The translations under genes and the position numbers were made by a program. This document shows, in pieces, positions 9,410-19,636 of a stretch of DNA of 32,000 bases. The notes under the pieces were generated by a model that had not been told where the DNA came from, did no database searches, and saw only the letters and a program-made list of their open reading frames with translations. Position 1 is the first letter of the stretch; every line of letters starts with the position of its first letter. Origin of the DNA: Psychrobacter cryohalolentis K5 (GTDB lineage: Bacteria > Pseudomonadota > Gammaproteobacteria > Pseudomonadales > Moraxellaceae); contig NC_007969.1 in the NCBI RefSeq assembly GCF_000013905.1, forward strand, positions 450,001-482,000. Direction: 5' to 3'.

Positions 9410-10951
9410 TTAAGCAGATATTTTTTCAAAGCGCGCGATGGATTCAACGTGACCAGTATGACAAAACATATCCATGACGCCAGCGTGAGTCAAACGATAA
9501 CCTTGTTCAAGCAATGCTTTGGTATCGCGAGCAAGTGTAGCAGGATTACAGGAGACATAGACAATCCGCTCGGCGTTAAACTTAGGCAAATATTGCATAA
9601 TCTCCCACGCGCCAGAACGCGGTGGATCGATAAGCAGCGCATCAAACCCTTGGTTAGCCCACGGTTTGTCCGTACAGTCATGCGTCAAATCTTGGCTATA
9701 AAACTCAGTGTTATTAATGCCATTGCGGCGCGCGTTATCAGCGGCGCGTGCAGTCATAGCTTCACTGCCTTCAACACCAACGACCGAGCCGGTTTCACCA
9801 ACCAAACGCGCGAGAGGCAGGCTAAAATTGCCTAAACCGCTAAATAAATCTAGAACGCGTTCACCTGCTTTTAAATCAAGCAAGTCACAAGCCAGCTTGG
9901 TCATCTGACGATTCACCGACAGATTAACTTGGGTAAAATCGGTAGGAATAAATTCAAACGTCAAATCATACTCTGGTAATTGATAATACAAACGTCCAAA
10001 CTGCTCGCTTAAATCATCTGTATCCCTCAAGGCAATACGTTGGATGCTATCGGCACCCTTTGATTGTAGATACAGCTGCCAATTACGTGCTGCAAAAAAT
10101 ACTTTTAGCTTATCAATATCGCCATCTGATAACGGTTCAAGATTACGCACAATTAGCGCGACTGGCTGATCGCCATCAGGCAGCTCTGGTAAATGCTCGC
10201 CCATTGCCAACTCAAGCTGAGCAATCTTGTCACGGCTATCTAAAGTACTAATAAGGGTTTTTAAGTTTTCAATCTCAAAGCCAATACGCGGATCTAAGAT
10301 ATGACACTCATTTAACTCTGCTAAGAAATTACTTGAACGCTCGCGAAAGCCGACCAAAGCCGTTTCTTTTTTGACCACATAACGTACGCCCAGTCGGGCT
10401 TTGGTACGATAGCCAAGGCGATCACCGACTACCGGCTCAAGCCAGTGATCAGGTGCCACATTGGCTTGATGGACCAACATCTCAGCAAGGACAGATTGCT
10501 TAAATGTAATTTGTGCATCTGGCTGCCAATGCTGCAAATTACAGCCACCGCAAACACCAAAATGTGGGCAGGGTGGTACCACGCGCTCAGGGTTTGGATT
10601 GGCAGTGATTCTAACGGCATCACCCTCTTCAAAGCTGGTGCGGCTATTGGTAATTTTGACCAACGCACTTTCACCTGGCAGGGCAAAGCTGACAAAGATT
10701 TTTTTGCCATGCTTGTCTGTGATATGACCATCAGTTTCACCAAAGCCATTACCGTATACCGCAACGCCGCGCCCATCATGTGACAAGCCATCGATGGTAA
10801 AGGGGAGTGGCTCAGCATCTTTTAGACGACGACGCGTCTTTGATGATGGCTTAGATTTTTTCTTATTAGGCGGAATCGTAATGGTTTGCGTCTCATTTGC
10901 CTGTTCGGTTGCATCTACGTTGGTAAGCGTCTTTGAATCGGTGGGTTGCAT
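9410..10951 (-). CDS. rlmD: 23S rRNA (uracil1939-C5)-methyltransferase RlmD (RumA)
   Basis: Has a TRAM-like N-domain, the Fe-S cluster motif [14 protein letters not shown] plus a downstream Cys, the SAM motif [16 protein letters not shown], and the catalytic region [14 protein letters not shown] Lys/Arg-rich N-terminal extension makes the start uncertain. Confidence 0.9.
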
Positions 10952-11032
10952 AAACCTGCCTATAAAATGAAGGTGTTAAAAATAATAGCAATTTTAACAT
11001 ATAAAGCGACTAAGGTATTAGGCGCTCACAAA

Positions 11033-11070
11033 GTAAAAAAAGCGGTGATTATAAAACTATAATCACCGCT
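11033..11070 (-). terminator. Rho-independent terminator after the exonuclease-like gene
   Basis: Perfect 13-bp inverted repeat AGCGGTGATTATA / TATAATCACCGCT. A plus-strand A7 immediately to its left is a U-tract on the minus-strand transcript. Confidence 0.85.
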
Positions 11071-11110
11071 TACATGTATCGTTCATCAATATATCAACTG
11101 GCTAAAATTG

Positions 11111-11926
11111 CTAGCTGATAAGCCAGTCATTCAAAAACGCCTGATGACGTGGCGTGCCATCTACTTGGGAAAATTTGGTTAAATAATCACGGCTTTGCTG
11201 CTGCCAAATGGCAAAATCTGACAAGGATAGCTGACCGGTCAGGCGCAGCCAACGCAGATATATTAGCCAAGTATTCATCACATCAGACTCGCAATATATT
11301 GACAGCGTTTGCCAGTCATTATTGCTGACAAGCTCGCCGACCATACTGCCATCAACATCTGTTTTACCGGGTAAACCATATAGACTAGCAACGACATCCA
11401 TAGCCTCGCGGCGGCTGGCACCGTATTGGCTAAATCGATCCATCAAGTCAATATGGCGGGTATGAAAGCGATTGACATAATTATCAAAACGCATGTTTTT
11501 GATACGCTCACCTTCTTCAAATAACCAAGGCGCTGCCAAGTCATATTGCATGGCACGATAAATAAGTACAGGAATGTCAAAACCTGAACCATTCCAGCTA
11601 ATCAATTTAGGCAGTTTTGCAATATCATTAAAGGCGCGAAAAAACTTGGCAAGAATCTCTTCTTCGCTAAATTTGTCTGCAGTAAGGGAAAATAATGAAA
11701 ATGTGCCATCTTTAATATATAGAGCAGAGATACAGACAATGCGCTGTAATGGCAAACGCATAAAATCATGCCCGGCTTCTTGTATACGAATGGCAGTTAA
11801 CGCACTGAGTGTATCTGCATCGTTGAGCTTAGCCAATTGCGGATAGATACGGCGGGCAGCATCGGTATCTGCAACCGTTTCAATATCAAAGACCAAAATA
11901 GGGTCAGACGAAAAAGCTTGTGACAT
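11111..11926 (-). CDS. Predicted 3'-5' exonuclease related to the PolB exonuclease domain (DEDD fold)
   Basis: 271 aa. The ExoI-like motif ILVFDIETV lies near the N-terminus, with later acidic motifs (NGSGFDIPVL, ESDVMNT). The pattern matches the conserved proteobacterial PolB-exo-like family. Confidence 0.7.
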   Translation of the reverse strand: MSQAFSSDPILVFDIETVADTDAARRIYPQLAKLNDADTLSALTAIRIQEAGHDFMRLPLQRIVCISALYIKDGTFSLFSLTADKFSEEEILAKFFRAFNDIAKLPKLISWNGSGFDIPVLIYRAMQYDLAAPWLFEEGERIKNMRFDNYVNRFHTRHIDLMDRFSQYGASRREAMDVVASLYGLPGKTDVDGSMVGELVSNNDWQTLSIYCESDVMNTWLIYLRWLRLTGQLSLSDFAIWQQQSRDYLTKFSQVDGTPRHQAFLNDWLIS

Positions 11927-12013
11927 AGAGGTTTCTACCTGATTATTGTCTTACTACACTGCATTAAACGCACTGACCGCATAAACGGCATTGTCAGCGA
12001 TTTATAAATTATC

Positions 12014-12970
12014 TTAGTTTACATTATCTAAGCTATCATCAACATTATATAAGCCGGTCGATAAATAACGATCCCCACGGTCACAGACGATAAAGGCAAT
12101 GACGGCATCAGGATTTGCCTTAGCAACTTGTGTAGCCGCCCATGCTGCTGCACCTGATGAGACACCCGCAAAAATCCCTTCGGTTTTAGCAAGCTTACGC
12201 ATATAAACCTCAGCGACGCGCTGATCAATATCCATAATCTCATCGACTAAGTCGGCATCAAAAATCCCTGGCATATAAGCGGCAGGCCAGCGGCGGATAC
12301 CAGCGATAGCTGCATCCTCATCAGGCTGTAAACCGATGATTTGTATATCAGGGTTTTGCTCTTTTAAATATTGTGCCACGCCGGTAATGGTGCCTGTGGT
12401 ACCCATAGAGCTGATAAAATGGGTAATTTTACCGTCTGTTTGCGCCCACAGCTCAGGACCTGTAGTCAGATAATGCGCCTGTTTATTATCAGGGTTATTA
12501 AACTGATCTAAGACAATACCTTTACCGTCCGTTTGCATTTGTAGCGCCATGTCGCGCGCGGCTTCTATCCCTTCTTCTACCTCAATCAGCGTCGCACCAT
12601 AAGCCGTCATGGCGTCTTTACGCTCTTGGGTTGAGTTGCTTGGCATAAACAAGGTAATCGGATAGCCACGCATCGCCGCTACCATGGCTAGTGCAATACC
12701 AGTATTGCCACTGGTTGCCTCAATCAACATGTCACCTGGCTTAATATCACCGCGTAGCTCCGCTTGATAAATCATATTAAAAGCAGGGCGGTCTTTGACA
12801 GAACCAGCAGGATTATTACCTTCAAGCTTGGCAAGCATGATAGCACCATTGTCAATCTGCTCTTGTTCAGGTAAGCGCTGCAATTTGACTAACGGCGTTT
12901 GACCGACGCAATCAGCAAGGTCAGTAATTTGAGTAATAAAATTGGTGTTTGACTGAGCTGTAGCGGACAT
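12014..12970 (-). CDS. cysM: Cysteine synthase B (O-acetylserine sulfhydrylase B)
   Basis: Matches my recollection of E. coli CysM along most of its length: TPLVKLQRL, LEGNNPAGSVKDR (PLP Lys), EATSGNTGIALA, SSMGTTGTITG and CDRGDRYLSTG. Confidence 0.9.
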   Translation of the reverse strand: MSATAQSNTNFITQITDLADCVGQTPLVKLQRLPEQEQIDNGAIMLAKLEGNNPAGSVKDRPAFNMIYQAELRGDIKPGDMLIEATSGNTGIALAMVAAMRGYPITLFMPSNSTQERKDAMTAYGATLIEVEEGIEAARDMALQMQTDGKGIVLDQFNNPDNKQAHYLTTGPELWAQTDGKITHFISSMGTTGTITGVAQYLKEQNPDIQIIGLQPDEDAAIAGIRRWPAAYMPGIFDADLVDEIMDIDQRVAEVYMRKLAKTEGIFAGVSSGAAAWAATQVAKANPDAVIAFIVCDRGDRYLSTGLYNVDDSLDNVN

Positions 12971-13324
12971 AAAGTATCCTTAATAGTATCTATTTTTAAA
13001 GTAGTTTAACGCTATAGTAAAGTGCTATATATTCGGCAATACTTTGAGGTAACAGCAGCGTTTTTATTATTTGATAAGATTATGGTATTAAATAACCATG
13101 TCTTTATAAATGCGTCAATAATAAGTCAATACATCGTGACTGTCAGGTATTTATTATGGAAAATAAAATTTGCGACATTGTATCATCTTGTTTTTGATGG
13201 CGCTTAACGCAGATAGCTTTATCGATGATTGTCTAACAGCGGCTAATGGAATCCTGTTAAGATAATCATAAGCTATATAGTCGTTAATAGATGATACCTA
13301 AGCGGTCAGTCAAAGCATTGTAAA

Positions 13325-16300
13325 ATGCCAGTAACAAAAACAGTAGTGGAGATGGTGCCCAGTATGGCTCACAAAAAACGTTTTGATACCAGTAGTGCTT
13401 ATGGTCAGCTGGTCATATTGGTATTTTTGCCCATCTGTTTACTCGCAGCAGTGGGCGGTATCTTGGTGTTTTATGAAACCATGCGTGCCAGTAATTCAGA
13501 GCAAGCAGTGTTGGCTGAGGCGGTACTTATCCGCTATTCACCTACGATTGCAGAGATAATACCTGAGCTATTAGAGCAAGATGCTGCCAAGATACAGATT
13601 TCAGAAAATAATAATGAAAACGCTGATGACAATAATAATAAAGTCTCGCAAGCTGCGATTGCAAAGTTAGAAGGCATCCAAGATAAACTCAGGCGTATGC
13701 GGGCAGAGCAACATGTTCAGCGTATCGCTATTATCAATCAGAGCAACGACATACTTGCGACAGTTGGCTATGGTACGGAAGAGGCGTGGCCTGTAATCGA
13801 TCCATCAGAGCGTTTTTTAGCGCAAAAATCCACTCCTATCGGTACCGCTTACGGCAGTATATTAGGTGAATTTGAGGGTCAAACACTGTGGTTATTAGTC
13901 GATATGGATAGTGAGCCGCTTTATATTGCGCGCTATCGTATCGCTATGGCATTGGTGATTACCGGTTTGTTTACATTATTAATTCTACTACTAAGTTTAA
14001 ACATTTATTCAAAACGTTGGATTGCGCCGATTTATGAGCTGCGGCTGCAATTACAGCGTACTCACGTAGATAATCTTTATCAGCCTATCCCCGTTGAATC
14101 GAATGGTGAGCTAAATCTATTACAACAAGACTTGGTGAGAACATTACGTCGTTTGTATGTCAGTTTTCAAGAGCTGAAAGAACATGCGGAGCAGACCGAA
14201 GATGATTTGCGTCTTGCTTTTGATGAAATGGAGATGCAAAACATCTCTATTCGTAATGCGCGTGATGCGGCAATCTCAACCAGCCAAGCCAAATCAGCGT
14301 TTTTAGCCAATATCAGTCATGAGCTGCGTACACCGCTCAATAGTATTGATGGTTTTATTAATTTGCTCGCGCGTCACGGTGAGCTCAATCCTGAGCAAGA
14401 CTTGTATGTACAAACCATTCGCAAATCGTCTGCGCACTTATTGGCATTAGTCAATGATGTGCTTGATTTCTCTAAAATCGAAGCGGGCAAGTTGGTACTA
14501 GATCGCCATGAGTTTGATCTTTATGACACTATCTATGATGTGGTCGATATGCTGTCGCCAGTGTCTGCAGAAAAAGGTCTGCGCATGGCGGTACTGTTTT
14601 ACAACGATGTGCCAATGCGTATCAATGGTGATGCGCTACGCCTCAAACAAGTACTAACCAATATTGTTGGCAATGCGATTAAATTTACTGATAGCGGTGA
14701 CGTGGTGGTGCGCGTCAGTTTAGATGACTATCAAGACAATTATTTGATGATTAGCGTGCAAGACAGTGGTAAAGGCATCTCGCTGTCTGATCAAAAAATG
14801 CTCTTTCAAAGCTTTAGTCAAGGAGACCCATCCATCACGCGTCAGTATGGTGGTACAGGACTGGGACTGGTCATCTCTAAACAATTAACACGGCTGATGG
14901 GCGGCGATATTGGTTTTTATGACAATATGCAAGAGAATATTTCCAATCAAGGCGCGACGTTTTGGTTTCGTATGCCAGCCCATGTTGATGTGGTAGAGGC
15001 AGCGACAGGACAAACCATTGAGCTGCCTGTATTGGCACCATTGGCAAGTGCGACTGATGAATTTAACGTTCTTATTTGGATTAATCATACCGCGTCTATA
15101 CAAGTACTGAAAGCTAGTCTGCATCATTTGCCTATTAAGCTAACCCAAGCCAATTCTTTGCCAGGTTTGCTTGAATCGTTAAAAGAGCGTGGTAATTATT
15201 GGGACTGGGTCATCGTTGATGATGATACCCAAGACGATATGATGGCGCTGCTTAAGCAAATCCGTTTACATTATCAAGGTAAACTGGCCGTCTTTGGTTA
15301 TCAAGTTGCCGCCGATCAAGCACTACTCAATCGTTACCATGCCAATATCTTGTATGAGCCATTAGACAAGAGACAGTTATATGCCATGCTAGATACGCAA
15401 AAGCGTAGTGTACCTACTGGTATTGCAGAACCACGTTGGAAAGGCGTTACCGTATTGGCAGTTGACGATCATTTGCCAAACTTACTGGTGCTTGATGCGC
15501 TGCTGAGCGAGCTTGGTATTCATGTTATTACGGCCAGTAATGGATTTGATGCGATAGAGCTAATCAGTAAACAACAAGCGAAAAATATCAAAGCTACCAA
15601 AACTGAAAAACAAAGCCTGTCGAAAAAAACTCAAATCTCAAAAGCGGTCACGCGAGATGATGTCAGTAAATCAGTGGTTAGCACGTTACATATCGAAGAC
15701 GTAACGACAGAAGAAAAGGGTAACGCACAACCTAAAGATAGGATCGATCTTATCTTTATGGATATTCAAATGCCACGTATGTCAGGGCATGAGGCGGCGA
15801 GACAAATCCGTAAGATTGAAGCCGCAGATAGTCATATTCCCATTATTGCACTGACTGCACATGGGCTAGCAGACGAGCGGGATAAATTAGTCGCTAGTGG
15901 TATCAATGATTATGTTGGTAAGCCTATTAGCCAGCCGCAGCTGCTACAAGTATTACAAAAATGGCTTGGACGTAATGCCTCGTCATCACCATTAACGGCA
16001 GAAAATGATGAGCATCCACAAGGTCTTGGCATAGCAGGTGACTTACAAGTATTAGACTCAAAAACCATTGACGCTCAAAATTCTGATGTACCAAATATGA
16101 TGCTACAACCTTCATCATCTGCGCCTAAAAATGCAGCGCCGCCTACCTATCAAATGATTCGAAGCGAGCAGGTTCAGAGTTATAAACCTACCAAGATGAG
16201 CAATGAGAAAAGAGTGAAGCGACCTCTGTCACTGAAAAAAATCCGTGATGACTACCTGCGTGACAGTCAACCACGTGAAGACTATCGGCGTGAAAACCTG

Positions 16301-16873
16301 CGCGAAACGCAGCCACGCTATGAAAATTTGCGTTTTCAAGAACAAGGGCAAGCAGCATTTGGCACGCGTTCTATTCAAACGCTCGATGATAATAAAGATG
16401 AACTATCAGTCAGTACTGTTTATTTGCAAAACGACAATAACTTAAATGCCTCTGTATTTAATACCTTGGATATTCTAGATTGGCAAGATGCATTGACGCG
16501 ATCAGCCAATAAGCCAGATCTTGCTGCCAAGCTAATCATTATGATGCTTGATACAATTAATGAGGAAAAACAAGCATTGACGCAAGCATGGGAGGCACAC
16601 AATCGCAGTATGCTCGCGCAAATCGCTCATCGGATATTGGGTGGCAGTCGTTATACGGGCGTGCCACAACTGCGCCAAGCCAGCCAAGATTTAGAAGATA
16701 AGTGCCTATTAAATATCCAACATACCACGCCTGCACAGTTTGCGATGTTAGAGCCTTATTATGAGGCTTTATTAACCGCTTTGAATAATTTGCAAACGCT
16801 TGATTTGTCTGCTTATCCGCAGCTTAATTACCATCGTCTAAGTGAAAACGATATGACTTGGAAAATGATTTAA
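13325..16873 (+). CDS. gacS: Hybrid sensor histidine kinase of the GacS/BarA type (2 TM + HAMP-like, HisKA, HATPase, receiver, C-terminal HPt)
   Basis: The H-box SHELRTPLN places His at 14318-14320. The N/G boxes read NAIKFT, DSGKGI and GGTGLGL. The receiver has VDD...FMDIQMP (Asp at 15761-15763)...KPI. The HPt motif is IAHRILGGS (His at 16628-16630). It is divergent from cysM, as gacS is in Pseudomonas. The start could instead be 13355 or 13367. Confidence 0.85.
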   Translation: MPVTKTVVEMVPSMAHKKRFDTSSAYGQLVILVFLPICLLAAVGGILVFYETMRASNSEQAVLAEAVLIRYSPTIAEIIPELLEQDAAKIQISENNNENADDNNNKVSQAAIAKLEGIQDKLRRMRAEQHVQRIAIINQSNDILATVGYGTEEAWPVIDPSERFLAQKSTPIGTAYGSILGEFEGQTLWLLVDMDSEPLYIARYRIAMALVITGLFTLLILLLSLNIYSKRWIAPIYELRLQLQRTHVDNLYQPIPVESNGELNLLQQDLVRTLRRLYVSFQELKEHAEQTEDDLRLAFDEMEMQNISIRNARDAAISTSQAKSAFLANISHELRTPLNSIDGFINLLARHGELNPEQDLYVQTIRKSSAHLLALVNDVLDFSKIEAGKLVLDRHEFDLYDTIYDVVDMLSPVSAEKGLRMAVLFYNDVPMRINGDALRLKQVLTNIVGNAIKFTDSGDVVVRVSLDDYQDNYLMISVQDSGKGISLSDQKMLFQSFSQGDPSITRQYGGTGLGLVISKQLTRLMGGDIGFYDNMQENISNQGATFWFRMPAHVDVVEAATGQTIELPVLAPLASATDEFNVLIWINHTASIQVLKASLHHLPIKLTQANSLPGLLESLKERGNYWDWVIVDDDTQDDMMALLKQIRLHYQGKLAVFGYQVAADQALLNRYHANILYEPLDKRQLYAMLDTQKRSVPTGIAEPRWKGVTVLAVDDHLPNLLVLDALLSELGIHVITASNGFDAIELISKQQAKNIKATKTEKQSLSKKTQISKAVTRDDVSKSVVSTLHIEDVTTEEKGNAQPKDRIDLIFMDIQMPRMSGHEAARQIRKIEAADSHIPIIALTAHGLADERDKLVASGINDYVGKPISQPQLLQVLQKWLGRNASSSPLTAENDEHPQGLGIAGDLQVLDSKTIDAQNSDVPNMMLQPSSSAPKNAAPPTYQMIRSEQVQSYKPTKMSNEKRVKRPLSLKKIRDDYLRDSQPREDYRRENLRETQPRYENLRFQEQGQAAFGTRSIQTLDDNKDELSVSTVYLQNDNNLNASVFNTLDILDWQDALTRSANKPDLAAKLIIMMLDTINEEKQALTQAWEAHNRSMLAQIAHRILGGSRYTGVPQLRQASQDLEDKCLLNIQHTTPAQFAMLEPYYEALLTALNNLQTLDLSAYPQLNYHRLSENDMTWKMI

Positions 16874-16999
16874 GGAAAAGTTTTATGATACTAAGAGCTA
16901 ACGATATCGTGGCAGTCAGTTATTGATAAGGTAGGAGATAGGCAAGGCTGTTAATATCACTCTATATATAAGCTATTATTTCAATTATTAAGGATGATT

Positions 17000-17812
17000 A
17001 TGCACACTATCGCCACCTACCAATATGAAACACTGCAAGTTAGCGCGACCGACGATATTTTAACCGTGACAATCAATCGACCTGAGAAAAAAAATGCCAT
17101 GAGCTTTAAAGTGGTCGAAGAGTTGATTGCGGTAGCCGGTCGCATCAGTAAAGACAAAACAATACGTGCGGTGATTTTAAATGGCGCTGAAGGAACCTTC
17201 TGCGCAGGGATTGACTTGGGCGACTTAAATCACCCCAAAAACCAAGTTTTTGCGCTATGGGAGTTGATCAAACCTTGGCAAAGCTCATTTCAGCGCGTGT
17301 GCTTAGTATGGCGTGATGTCCCAGTACCTGTCATTGCAGTACTGGAAGGATATTGTATCGGTGCAGGCTTACAGCTAGCGCTAGCATGTGATATTCGTAT
17401 CAGCCATCCTGATTGTAAATTGGCTATTATGGAGGCCAAATGGGGACTAGTACCAGATATGGGCTTGACGCAATCTGGTTTTGGCGTGGTACGCGCTGAT
17501 ATCCTAAAAGAGCTGGCAATGACAGCCCGTATCGTTAGTGCAGAGCAGGGCAAAGAGCTAGGATTGGTCAGTCATTGCAGTGAGACGCCACTTGAGCAAG
17601 CGCAGCAACTTGCTGCTGAATTTGCTGAACGGTCACCAGATGCCGTGCTGGCAAGTAAACGCGTTATCAATGCCATGTTTGAACAATCTGCAACTACTTT
17701 ATATATAGAAAAAGTCTGGCAATTAAAGATGATGTTCGGGCGCAATCGTAAACTTGCCCTTAGAAAAGCGAAGCAAGCCAGTACTGTATTTGGCAAGCGC
17801 CAGTTCCGTTAA
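17000..17812 (+). CDS. Enoyl-CoA hydratase/isomerase (crotonase) family protein
   Basis: Crotonase signatures: ITINRPEKKNAM, FCAGIDL, GYCIGAGLQLALACDIR and WGLVPD. The ORF opens at 16994, but AGGA (16991-16994) is better spaced for the ATG at 17000. Confidence 0.85.
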   Translation: MHTIATYQYETLQVSATDDILTVTINRPEKKNAMSFKVVEELIAVAGRISKDKTIRAVILNGAEGTFCAGIDLGDLNHPKNQVFALWELIKPWQSSFQRVCLVWRDVPVPVIAVLEGYCIGAGLQLALACDIRISHPDCKLAIMEAKWGLVPDMGLTQSGFGVVRADILKELAMTARIVSAEQGKELGLVSHCSETPLEQAQQLAAEFAERSPDAVLASKRVINAMFEQSATTLYIEKVWQLKMMFGRNRKLALRKAKQASTVFGKRQFR

Positions 17813-17922
17813 TACAGTTTAGATAGCTTATTGTTTTAAATGACTTCATCTTATTTCAAACGAACCATTGTTTTATTGATTAAAGTTTGTTTTATTAACG
17901 TGATACCTCTATTGAAATATAG

Positions 17923-17950
17923 GCAGACAGTGCGATATAAGACTGTCTGC
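17923..17950 (+). terminator. Possible terminator hairpin after the crotonase gene
   Basis: 9-bp inverted repeat GCAGACAGT / ACTGTCTGC with a 10-nt loop. Only a weak T tract (TTGCG) follows. Confidence 0.35.
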
Positions 17951-18009
17951 TTGCGTAGCGGTTCGTCGATAAAAATAAAATAACAATCACTAGATCAAAT
18001 GGTTTAACT

Positions 18010-19269
18010 ATGTCTGCTCCAAAATCCCCCCTTCCTAATAAACCGCTTGCTGCTGACCGCGTGCGCTCTGCCGATTTACCTGTCGCATGGATTATGATGC
18101 TGGGTCTTATCGTTGCGGTAGGACCTTTATCTATTGATATGTATCTGCCAGCATTACCATCGATGGCGGATGACTTTGGTGTCTCGACTGCCTTTATGGC
18201 AAACTCCGTACCTGCTTACTTTGTCGGATTGGTATTTGGTCAATTGTTTTATGGTCCCTTTAGTGACCGCGTTGGCCGCGTCAAGCCTTTATATATAGGC
18301 ATGGTCTTATATGTGATTGCCTCTATTATTTGTGCAACCACCAACAATGAATACGTATTGTTCGCTGGTCGTACCTTGCAAGCGCTCGGTGCTTGCGTAG
18401 GGGCAGTGGTTACCCGTGCTGCGATTCGAGACCGTCTAACCGCTAAGCAAACGGCAAAAGCGTTTTCTATCATGATTTTGGTAATGGGCTTAGCGCCGAT
18501 ATTAGCGCCATCACTTGGCGCAGTGTTTTTGCAGTATTTTAGCTGGCATTCTATCTTTTGGTTTTTGGCGGCTTTTGGCACGTTAAATTTATTACTGACC
18601 AAATTTTTCTTTTTTGAGACCCTTAGCGAAGAAAACCGCAATGTGCGTCCTGCCAAAGAGATACTCAGTCAATATTGGGATTTGCTGAGAGATCCCACCT
18701 TTAACTATCCGGCGATTGGCGGCGGGTTATTGATGGGCGCAATGTTCGTTTATATCAGCTCAGCCTCTGAACTTATCATGGATACCTATGGTATGTCAGC
18801 CACACATTTTGGCTGGCTCTTTGGTATGAATGCCGCAGGCTTTGTGGCATTGACGCAGCTTAACCAATGGCTGACCAATCGCTTCCGTATTTTGAGTATT
18901 TTACGTTTTGGTGCGATGATGCAGGTCATCTCAGCAGGGGCTCTATTTATCCTCGGTATTGTATTTGGCACTGATGCTTGGTTGCCATTGGTCTTAGTCT
19001 GTATTTTCTTTTGTATCTCAGGTCTAGGTTTGACACAGCCCAACGCTTCAGCGATTGCGCTTGCTTTTCAAAAGCGCCGTGCTGGTATGGCCAGTGCGCT
19101 ACAAGGCTCGCTTATGTTCTCAGTAGGTATCTTTGGTGGATTGTTATTAAACTTATTCCCCGTCAATCCAGTACTGAAAATCGGTATCGCAATGTTTGCA
19201 CTGATGAGTCTTGGTTGCTATTTAATTTGGCAGATAGACCGTAATTTGGATTTAGATAATGCAGATTAA
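18010..19269 (+). CDS. MFS transporter, Bcr/CflA-type drug efflux family
   Basis: 419 aa with about 12 predicted TM helices. An MFS motif-A-like GPFSDRVGR follows TM2, and the overall pattern resembles Bcr/CflA. Confidence 0.8.
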   Translation: MSAPKSPLPNKPLAADRVRSADLPVAWIMMLGLIVAVGPLSIDMYLPALPSMADDFGVSTAFMANSVPAYFVGLVFGQLFYGPFSDRVGRVKPLYIGMVLYVIASIICATTNNEYVLFAGRTLQALGACVGAVVTRAAIRDRLTAKQTAKAFSIMILVMGLAPILAPSLGAVFLQYFSWHSIFWFLAAFGTLNLLLTKFFFFETLSEENRNVRPAKEILSQYWDLLRDPTFNYPAIGGGLLMGAMFVYISSASELIMDTYGMSATHFGWLFGMNAAGFVALTQLNQWLTNRFRILSILRFGAMMQVISAGALFILGIVFGTDAWLPLVLVCIFFCISGLGLTQPNASAIALAFQKRRAGMASALQGSLMFSVGIFGGLLLNLFPVNPVLKIGIAMFALMSLGCYLIWQIDRNLDLDNAD

Positions 19270-19310
19270 TTAACTGACAAATTCTATTTATTAATATTCA
19301 TCAGTAAAAA

Positions 19311-19349
19311 AGCATTCAGTACGTATTCATCGTCTGAATGCTTTTTTTT
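19311..19349 (+). terminator. Rho-independent terminator after the MFS gene
   Basis: AGCATTCAG...CTGAATGCT is a 9-bp stem followed by T8, with an A-run upstream. Confidence 0.85.
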
Positions 19350-19636
19350 ATGCTTTTTTTATTCATTGTTAATAATATCTATTTTTGGTACAAGCCTCAG
19401 TACGCTTAGCTTTATAAATAAAAATCTCGAACCTGCTTTATATATTGTATATACATTTCTAGTTATATATAAACAATTGTTTGCCTTGATAAAACAAAGT
19501 GATTGCAATGACTGAGTTGCTCAATTATTATCTAAGGTAATTTTCTGTAATTAAGTGTTTTTTATACCTTTCTTAAACTTACAGAATTGTTTTTAAAATT
19601 GATTTTTTGAATAAAATTGAGGCTTAAGGATAAGAG

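Noticed and set aside
9449-10818. Several 60-130 aa ORFs on both strands overlapping rlmD (9449-9835 +, 9708-9908 +, 10429-10818 -, 10445-10783 +)
   Set aside because: rlmD is comparatively GC-rich, which keeps off-frames open. None has a recognisable domain, and all are fully embedded in rlmD.
17290-19244. Antisense and alternative-frame ORFs over the crotonase and MFS genes (17290-17553, 17572-17796, 18249-18656, 18786-19043, 18978-19244)
   Set aside because: They are embedded in well-supported CDSs. Their Arg/Ser/Ala-rich composition is typical of shadow frames.
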